Positions 57,622 through 64,000 of a DNA stretch of 64,000 bases are shown here, one piece after another. Position 1 is the stretch's first letter; every line of letters begins with the position of its first letter. Location: contig CAMAVC010000007.1 in the NCBI GenBank assembly GCA_945861585.1, forward strand, positions 515 to 64,514. Reading direction: 5' to 3'. A program made the translations under genes and the position numbers. A model generated the notes under the pieces. It did not search any database, had not been told where the DNA came from, and worked only from the letters and a program-made list of their open reading frames with translations. Origin of the DNA: Planctomicrobium piriforme (GTDB lineage Bacteria > Planctomycetota > Planctomycetia > Pirellulales > UBA1268).

Positions 57622-57711
57622 GGCCTCGGGACTGCGAGGCAAGCCCCCCGGCGCGTGAGGGCGTTTGAAACGGCCTCAGGAACGCAAGGCAAGCCCCCCG
57701 GCGCGTGAGGG
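57622..57711. repeat. Imperfect 40-bp direct repeat, two copies with a 50-bp period
   Basis: GGCCTC...AGGCAAGCCCCCCGGCGCGTGAGGG at 57622-57661 and 57672-57711. Confidence 0.85.
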
Positions 57712-57718
57712 ATAAAAA

Positions 57719-57789
57719 CTGGGGAACTAGGATTCGAACCTAGACTAACTGGTTCAGAGCCAGTCGTGCTACCGTTACACCATTCCCCA
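57719..57789 (-). tRNA. tRNA-Gln(CTG)
   Basis: TGGGGAA/TTCCCCA acceptor, ACTGG-CT-CTG-AA-CCAGT, GGTTCGAATCC. Confidence 0.96.
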
Positions 57790-58098
57790 AAATCGTGGCT
57801 CGCAGCCGCGATTCCGGCGTCGCGGTCGCGCCGTCGAGGGGTGACCTTCGAGCGGGCCGTGAGCTGCGATGCTCCGCGAGCGTACCTGCTCCCCTGCCCC
57901 CGGGCAATCGTGGTCGCGGAGCCTGCCGGTCGCGCGTGACGCCGCAAGCTGCGGGAACGCCGCGGGCTCTGGCTGCGGGCGGCAGAGTCAGCCCAGAGGC
58001 CCGGTCCAGACCGCCGGGCCGCTGGTGCAAGCCCCTGCAACGGCAGGCCGATACCGCCTCCAGAGGTCGACGGTCACAACTACGTTTGAGTCAGGAGC

Positions 58099-58371
58099 AT
58101 GTCGATGAGTTTCTTCCAGTGGGTTCGCGAGGGGGTGCGTCAGGCCGTGGTGCTGGGGCTGGCGGATGCCGTCGAAGACGTCGGCACGCGGATGCGCGGC
58201 GAGGATCTCGGTCCGGCGCTCGCCCAGTCGCTCCGCGAGCGGCTCGCCGTCGCCCCGGCCGACTCGGCTCACGCGGCCGTGCTCGAGTCGTCACCCGCGG
58301 CCGGAGCCCCGCGGCGGCGGCTCGGACGATCGCTCGACGGCGTGCGCGATCCGCTGCGGAAGGCGGCGTGA
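58099..58371 (+). CDS. Small hypothetical protein (90 aa)
   Basis: AGGAG RBS; MSMSFFQWVREGVRQAVVLG...RRLGRSL. Confidence 0.7.
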   Translation: MSMSFFQWVREGVRQAVVLGLADAVEDVGTRMRGEDLGPALAQSLRERLAVAPADSAHAAVLESSPAAGAPRRRLGRSLDGVRDPLRKAA

Positions 58372-58377
58372 GGTCGT

Positions 58378-58399
58378 GACAGGCTGAAGCCTGTCCTAC
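58378..58399 (-). repeat. GTAG-type REP between convergent genes
   Basis: Exact reverse complement of 15211-15232. Confidence 0.9.
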
Positions 58400-58411
58400 G
58401 CTGCTCCCGCG

Positions 58412-59173
58412 CTACGTCGCGGGGCCCAGGTCGGTGCCGGCCGGCGGCGGCCCGAAGTCGATCTGCGGCAGCAGCCCGACGGCCCGGCGGAGCTCGCGTT
58501 CCCAGTTGGAGCGGATCTCCAAGAGGTCGGGGTCCGACGTCGAGAGCCGTCGGTAGCGCCGCACGGCGAGGTCGTCGTTCGCATACACGAGCAGATCGAT
58601 CGGGGGCCCCACCGCCACGTTCGACCGCATCGTCGAATCGAGCGAAATGATCGCGTATTTCACCGCCTGTTCGAGCGTGGTCTCACCGAAGCGGATGCCG
58701 CGGTCGAGGATCGGCCGCCCGTATTTCGCCTCGCCAATCTGGAGAAAGGGCGACGAGCGGGTGCAACGCAGTGGATTGCCCTGCGCGTAGATCATGTAGA
58801 GCTGCGGCTCCTCGCCCTTGATCTGCCCCCCCACGAGCAGGTTGACCGCGAAGCTGATGTGGTCGCGCTCCATGTACTCGCGGTCGAGCGCGGCCACATC
58901 GCGCACCTGCGTGCCCACGCACCGGGCGGCGTCGTAAAACGTGGCGGCCTTGGCGAGCCCCTGGCCGGCGTGAAAATCCTGCTCCAGCCGCGTCATGATC
59001 GACTGCGTGAGCGACAGGCTGCCGCTGGAGAGGATCGTGAACATCCGCTCGCCGTGCGTCACGAAGGTGTGCATCTTGCGACACACGTCGACCTGGTCGA
59101 TGCCCGAGTTCGTGCGGGAATCGGAGGCCATCACGAGGCCCTGGTGGGTGCGGATACCGACGCAATACGTCAT
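58412..59173 (-). CDS. Proteasome-type Ntn protease (Anbu family)
   Basis: M-TYCVG (N-terminal Thr nucleophile), [27 protein letters not shown]. Confidence 0.92.
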   Translation of the reverse strand: MTYCVGIRTHQGLVMASDSRTNSGIDQVDVCRKMHTFVTHGERMFTILSSGSLSLTQSIMTRLEQDFHAGQGLAKAATFYDAARCVGTQVRDVAALDREYMERDHISFAVNLLVGGQIKGEEPQLYMIYAQGNPLRCTRSSPFLQIGEAKYGRPILDRGIRFGETTLEQAVKYAIISLDSTMRSNVAVGPPIDLLVYANDDLAVRRYRRLSTSDPDLLEIRSNWERELRRAVGLLPQIDFGPPPAGTDLGPAT

Positions 59174-59380
59174 CGCGATCTCCAGAAAATGCCGTCGCGG
59201 CGCGCGACTTGCACTACGATGCCGGACGAGAGCCGCAGACTAGCCGTTGCGGCCCTTTCGTCAAGGAAAAGGCGGGTTTTCGAATCCAACGCAGCGTCAG
59301 GGTGCCGCCGTGCGCGGCACCCTCTGCCTGGTATTCGCGCATTTCCCGGCGACGGTGACGCGCGGAAGGCGGCGGTGACG

Positions 59381-60877
59381 ATGCAGAATTCCACGATGGC
59401 GGGCAGGTCGGGCCCGGCGGCGGCCGATGCGGTGGCCTTGCTCGGCGACTACGAGCTGGGGCTCGCCTACGACGAGATGGTCGATCGCGACGGCGGCCCG
59501 CGGCCGCACTACGGGCCGCTGCACGGCCGCCTGCGGACGACGAGCCCCGACGATTTCCGCCGCCGCAAGGCGATGACGGATCTCTCGATGCAGCAGGACG
59601 GCGTCGGCTTCACGGTGTATCGCGCCGAGGAGGGCATCGAGCGGGTCTGGCCGATGGATCCCGTGCCGCGGATCATCCCCGCCGCCGAATGGCGCCGGGT
59701 CGAATCGGGGCTGATCCAGCGGATCAACGCCCTCAATCTCTTCCTGTGGGACGTCTATCACGAGCAGCACATCCTGCGCGACGGCGTCGTGCCCGCCCGG
59801 CTCGTGCTCCAGGGCAGCTCGTTCCGCCGCGAGTTCGTCGGCGTCAACGTGCCGCGGCGGATCTACATCCACATCTGCGGCTCCGATCTGATTCGGGCCG
59901 CCGACGGCGAATACCTCGTGCTCGAAGACAACGCCCGCACGCCGTCGGGCGTGAGCTACATGCTCCAGAACCGGCAGGTGCTCAAGCGGGTGTTTCCCGC
60001 GCTCTTCAACGCGTACGACGTGCTGCCCAACGACGACTACCCGGCCGCCCTGCTCGACGTGCTGCAGTACATCGCGCCGGAGTCGGCTGCCCAGCCCACG
60101 GCCGTGCTCCTGAGCCCGGGCATGTACAACTCGGCCTACTTCGAACACAGCTTTTTGGCCCAGCGCATGGGCATCGAGCTCGTGGAAGGCCGCGACCTGC
60201 TCGTGGACGGCAACCGCGTCTTCATGCGCACGACCCGTGGCCGGCAGCGGGTGGACGTGATCTACCGCCGCATCGACGACGACTTCCTCGACCCGCTCAC
60301 CTTCCGCCCCGACAGCGCCCTCGGCGTGCCGGGGCTCGTGAACGCCTACCGCTCGGGCACCGTGGCGCTCGCCAACAGCATCGGCACGGGCATCGCCGAC
60401 GACAAAGGCGTGTATCCCTTCGTGCCCGACATGATTCGCTACTACCTCAAGCAAGAGCCGCTGCTCAACAACGTCGAAACCTTCCGGCCGGAGATTCCGG
60501 CCCAGCGCAGCCACGTGCTCGCGAATCTGGAGCACCTCGTGGTGAAGCGGGTGAACGAGTCGGGCGGCTACGGGATGCTCGTGGGCCCCGCCTCCACGAA
60601 AGAGCAGCGCGAGGAGTTTCGGCGGGCCATCCAGGCCAACCCGCGCGACTTCATCGCCCAGCCCACGATCCAGCTGTCCACGCACCCCACGTTCGTCGAT
60701 GGCCGGCTGGAGGGGCGGCACGTCGATCTGCGGCCGTTCATCCTCTGCGGTGAGCGGGTCACCGTCACGCCGGGCGGGCTCACGCGGGTGGCGCTGCCGA
60801 AGGGCAGTCTCGTGGTCAACAGCTCCCAGGGGGGCGGCAGCAAAGACACGTGGGTGCTCGCGGAGGAGCGGGCATGA
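59381..60877 (+). CDS. Circularly permuted type 2 ATP-grasp protein
   Basis: [46 protein letters not shown]. Confidence 0.93.
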   Translation: MQNSTMAGRSGPAAADAVALLGDYELGLAYDEMVDRDGGPRPHYGPLHGRLRTTSPDDFRRRKAMTDLSMQQDGVGFTVYRAEEGIERVWPMDPVPRIIPAAEWRRVESGLIQRINALNLFLWDVYHEQHILRDGVVPARLVLQGSSFRREFVGVNVPRRIYIHICGSDLIRAADGEYLVLEDNARTPSGVSYMLQNRQVLKRVFPALFNAYDVLPNDDYPAALLDVLQYIAPESAAQPTAVLLSPGMYNSAYFEHSFLAQRMGIELVEGRDLLVDGNRVFMRTTRGRQRVDVIYRRIDDDFLDPLTFRPDSALGVPGLVNAYRSGTVALANSIGTGIADDKGVYPFVPDMIRYYLKQEPLLNNVETFRPEIPAQRSHVLANLEHLVVKRVNESGGYGMLVGPASTKEQREEFRRAIQANPRDFIAQPTIQLSTHPTFVDGRLEGRHVDLRPFILCGERVTVTPGGLTRVALPKGSLVVNSSQGGGSKDTWVLAEERA

Positions 60878-60893
60878 GCCGCCGAGGTGGAGC

Positions 60894-61844
60894 ATGTTGA
60901 GCCGGGTCGCCGACGCGCTCTTTTGGATGAGCCGGTATCTCGAACGCGCCGACCATCTGTCGCGGGCGGTGGATGTCACATTTCATCTCGATCTCGACCT
61001 CCACGGTGTGCTGGCGAACCCCGTCGAACTGGAGTGGAACGCCCTGCTGAGCCTGCTTCGGCAGCCCCCGCCCCCCATGGCCGCCGGCGAGCAGCCTGTC
61101 GTCGCCGTGCAGCGCTGGCTGCTCCTCGACACGGCGAATCCGGGCAGCGTGATGGCCTGCGTCAACCGCTCCCGCAACAACGCCCGCAGCATCCGCGGCT
61201 CGATCAGCCCGTCGATGTGGCGCGAGCTCAACAAGCTCCATTGGCGGCTCGCCGATCCGCAGCTCCAGGGCCGCGTCGCCGAGTCGCCCCACGATTTCTG
61301 CCAGGAGGCCCAGCTCGGCGTGCTCCTGTTTCACGGCGTCTGCGAGGCCACACTCACGCACGACGAGGGCTGGCACTTCATCCAGCTCGGCCGTTACCTC
61401 GAACGGGCCGACAAGATCCTGCGGGTGCTCGACTCGAAGTTCAACCTGCTGGAGCGGGGCGACGGCGTCGATCTGCCGATCCGAGCCCTCCAGTGGGGCG
61501 CGGTGCTCAAGAATTGCGCGGCCTACGAGGCCTACCAGCGGCTCTACATCAGCCGCGTGGAGCCGGAGCGGGTGGTGGAGTTCCTCCTCGTGAACCCCGA
61601 CTTTCCCCACTCGGTGCGGTTTTGTCTGTCGCGGATCATGCACTCGCTCACCGAGATCAGCGGCCGGCTGCCGGAGCGGTGCAGCGACGACGTGGTGCGC
61701 ACCGTGGGCCGTCTCCTCAACGACCTCGTCTACCTCGACGGCCACGCGCTCGACGGCGAGCGGCTGCACGCCTTCCTCGGCGACGCCCTCGTCCGCACAG
61801 CGCGGATCGGCCACCACCTCCACGAACAATACGCGCTGCAGTAG
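60894..61844 (+). CDS. Alpha-E domain protein
   Basis: MLSRVADALFWMSRYLERA, second GRYLERAD, FPHS. Confidence 0.92.
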   Translation: MLSRVADALFWMSRYLERADHLSRAVDVTFHLDLDLHGVLANPVELEWNALLSLLRQPPPPMAAGEQPVVAVQRWLLLDTANPGSVMACVNRSRNNARSIRGSISPSMWRELNKLHWRLADPQLQGRVAESPHDFCQEAQLGVLLFHGVCEATLTHDEGWHFIQLGRYLERADKILRVLDSKFNLLERGDGVDLPIRALQWGAVLKNCAAYEAYQRLYISRVEPERVVEFLLVNPDFPHSVRFCLSRIMHSLTEISGRLPERCSDDVVRTVGRLLNDLVYLDGHALDGERLHAFLGDALVRTARIGHHLHEQYALQ

Positions 61845-61871
61845 CCAGCCAGGCCCGGGAAGGTCCCACCG

Positions 61872-62825
61872 ATGATCCTCGAGATCCAGCACGAGACGAC
61901 GATGGAGTATTCGCAGCCGGTGAGCGAGTGGCAGTGCGAGTTGCGCATGGAGCCGATGAGCGACGGCGGGCAGCGGTGCCATTCATTTCAGATCACGCTC
62001 GGCCAGCCGGTGTCGATCACGAAGTATCTCGACGGCTTCGGCAATCGCGTGCATCATTTCAATCTGCTCAAGCCGCCCACGCGGCTGCGGATCCTCGCGG
62101 CGAGCGTCGTCGAGACGGAAGACGCGTCGGTGGGGCCGATCGCGAGCCAGGTGGAATTTCCCGAGGGGGTTCCGGCCGACGCTTGGCAGCTGCCGCTCGA
62201 GGCGCTCGACTACCTGCCCCTGCGTGGTCCCGTGCAGCACACGCCGCTCCTCGAGCCGCATCTCGAGCAGCTGCGGCCGGTCACGCGGGCCCGGGTAGGG
62301 ATGTGGGTCTGCCAGGTCGCGGAGCACATCCGCAGCCGCTTCGTCTATGCCCGCGACGTGACGTCGGCGACCTCGCCGATCGACCATCTGCTGGCTTGCG
62401 GCAAGGGCGTGTGCCAGGACTTTACGCATCTCATGATCGCGATCCTGCGGTCGAACGGCGTGCCCGCCCGCTACGTCAGCGGCTACATCCATCGACCCAA
62501 CAAGGAGTCACAGAGCCATGCCTGGTGTGAGGTCTGGCTGCCTGACATGGGCTGGACCGGCTTCGATCCCACGAACGGCTGCCCGGTGAATCACGACTTC
62601 GTGAAGACGGCCGTGGGCCGCGACTTCTTCGACGTGCCGCCCAACAAGGGCGTGTATCGGGGCGCGGGCGACGAGCGCATCGAGGTGCGTGTGGCCACCC
62701 GCACGCTCGACCGTCTGCCGTCGCTTTCCTGGCACGATCAGCTCGCTCCGCTCGACGTTCCGGTACACTCCGTCCTCCGCACCGTGCCGTCGAACGACGA
62801 CGACATCGACATCCAGCAGCAGTAG
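61872..62825 (+). CDS. Transglutaminase-like protein
   Basis: GVCQDF, ARYVSGY, HAW.E, FDPTN (Cys-His-Asp triad). Confidence 0.93.
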   Translation: MILEIQHETTMEYSQPVSEWQCELRMEPMSDGGQRCHSFQITLGQPVSITKYLDGFGNRVHHFNLLKPPTRLRILAASVVETEDASVGPIASQVEFPEGVPADAWQLPLEALDYLPLRGPVQHTPLLEPHLEQLRPVTRARVGMWVCQVAEHIRSRFVYARDVTSATSPIDHLLACGKGVCQDFTHLMIAILRSNGVPARYVSGYIHRPNKESQSHAWCEVWLPDMGWTGFDPTNGCPVNHDFVKTAVGRDFFDVPPNKGVYRGAGDERIEVRVATRTLDRLPSLSWHDQLAPLDVPVHSVLRTVPSNDDDIDIQQQ

Positions 62826-62851
62826 GGGCGGGTGCGCGAGGAGAGGAGACG

Positions 62852-64000
62852 ATGAGACGGATCGACCTGTCCGGGCACGGCATCACCGTGGCCGACGTGC
62901 GGCGGAATCTCTCGCCGGCCGAGCTCTATGCCGAGGCGATCCGCCTCGAGCCCGACTGTGCGATCGCCGATTCTGGGGCCCTGATCGCCTACTCCGGCGC
63001 GAAGACGGGCCGGTCGCCGCAAGACAAGCGGATCGTGCGGCACCCGGCGAGCGAGCACGACGTCTGGTGGGGGCCGGTGAACGTGGCGATCGACGACGAG
63101 ACGTTTCAGATCAACCTGGAGCGGGCGAAAGACTATTTGAACACGCGGCGCATCCTTTACTGCGTCGACGCCTACGCGGGCTGGGATCCGGGCCACCGGC
63201 TGAAGGTGCGTGTGGTCTGCTCGCGGCCCTACCACGCGCTGTTCATGCACACGATGCTCATTCGGCCGTCGCGCGAGGAGCTGGCGACGTTCGGTGAGCC
63301 CGACGCCCTGATCTACAACGCCGGCCGCTTCCCCGCCAACCGTCGCATGCACGGGATGACGTCGACGACGAGCATCGATTTGTCGCTCGAGTCGAAGGAG
63401 CTCGTGATTCTCGGCACCGAGTATGCGGGCGAAATGAAGAAGGGCGTCTTCACGATGCTCAACTACTTTGCGCCCAAGCGCAACATCCTCTCGATGCATT
63501 GCTCCGCCACGGCCGATCGCACGACAGGCGCCTCGTCGCTCTTGTTCGGCCTCTCCGGCACGGGCAAGACCACGCTCTCGGCCGACCCCAAGCGGCTGCT
63601 CATCGGCGACGACGAACACTGCTGGAGCGATTCCGGCATCTTCAACATCGAGGGAGGCTGCTATGCGAAGGCCGTCGATCTGGCCCCCGAGACGGAGCCC
63701 GACATCTTCCAGGCTCTGCGGTTTGGCGCCGTGCTCGAAAACGTGGTCTATGACCAGGACAGCCACCACGTGGATTTTCACGACACGAGCATCACGCAGA
63801 ACACCCGCGGGGCCTATCCAATCGAGTTCATCCGCAACGCCAAGATCCCCTGCGTGGCGGGCCATCCGACGAACGTGATCTTCCTCACCTGCGACGCCTT
63901 CGGTGTGCTGCCGCCCGTGAGCCGCCTCACGCCCGCCCAGGCGATGTATCACTTCATCAGCGGCTACACGGCGAAGGTGGCCGGCACGGAAATGGGCGTG
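62852..64000 (+). CDS. pckA: Phosphoenolpyruvate carboxykinase (ATP), runs off the window
   Basis: Manual translation: KTGRSPQDK, YAGEMKK, MHCSA, GLSGTGKTTLS, IGDDEH, EGGCYAK. Confidence 0.96.
   Translation, partial: MRRIDLSGHGITVADVRRNLSPAELYAEAIRLEPDCAIADSGALIAYSGAKTGRSPQDKRIVRHPASEHDVWWGPVNVAIDDETFQINLERAKDYLNTRRILYCVDAYAGWDPGHRLKVRVVCSRPYHALFMHTMLIRPSREELATFGEPDALIYNAGRFPANRRMHGMTSTTSIDLSLESKELVILGTEYAGEMKKGVFTMLNYFAPKRNILSMHCSATADRTTGASSLLFGLSGTGKTTLSADPKRLLIGDDEHCWSDSGIFNIEGGCYAKAVDLAPETEPDIFQALRFGAVLENVVYDQDSHHVDFHDTSITQNTRGAYPIEFIRNAKIPCVAGHPTNVIFLTCDAFGVLPPVSRLTPAQAMYHFISGYTAKVAGTEMGV

Noticed and set aside
59174-59380. Sigma54 promoter in the Anbu/ATP-grasp gap
   Set aside because: Best GG...GC candidates have 8-9 nt spacing rather than the required 10

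Overview
High-GC core-genome window, most likely from a planctomycete (inferred from the aroD-aroE fusion, the atp operon layout and the style of the hypothetical proteins). It holds gltX (partial), sodA, tRNA-Asp, a Ser/Thr kinase, a DoxX + Gfo/Idh/MocA pair, a czcBA-type RND pump, an imuA-imuB-dnaE2 cassette with its own promoter and candidate SOS box, purC, aroC, a desaturase, rpsO-pnp-HK-RR-mutL-aroDE-aroK-prepilin peptidase-OmpA-hisH-hisA-cysE, two amidohydrolases, a complete F1Fo atp operon, corA, a REC-cyclase, tRNA-Gln, an Anbu/ATP-grasp/alpha-E/transglutaminase module and pckA (partial). I saw no transposase, integrase, phage or CRISPR. The main unexplained signal is non-coding. Four intergenic loci (about 8.15-8.72, 15.2-15.55, 25.55-25.97 and 44.2-44.58 kb) are mosaics of a ~150-nt and an ~85-nt structured repeat plus GTAG/GTGG REPs. 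Their stems covary between copies while almost every loop keeps GGA (CATGGATG, CAGGATG, CAGGACG), the CsrA/RsmA-binding signature. This suggests, as a hypothesis only, a mobile CsrA-binding RNA element. Start codons were chosen by eye and all product calls rest on motif recognition, not database searches.
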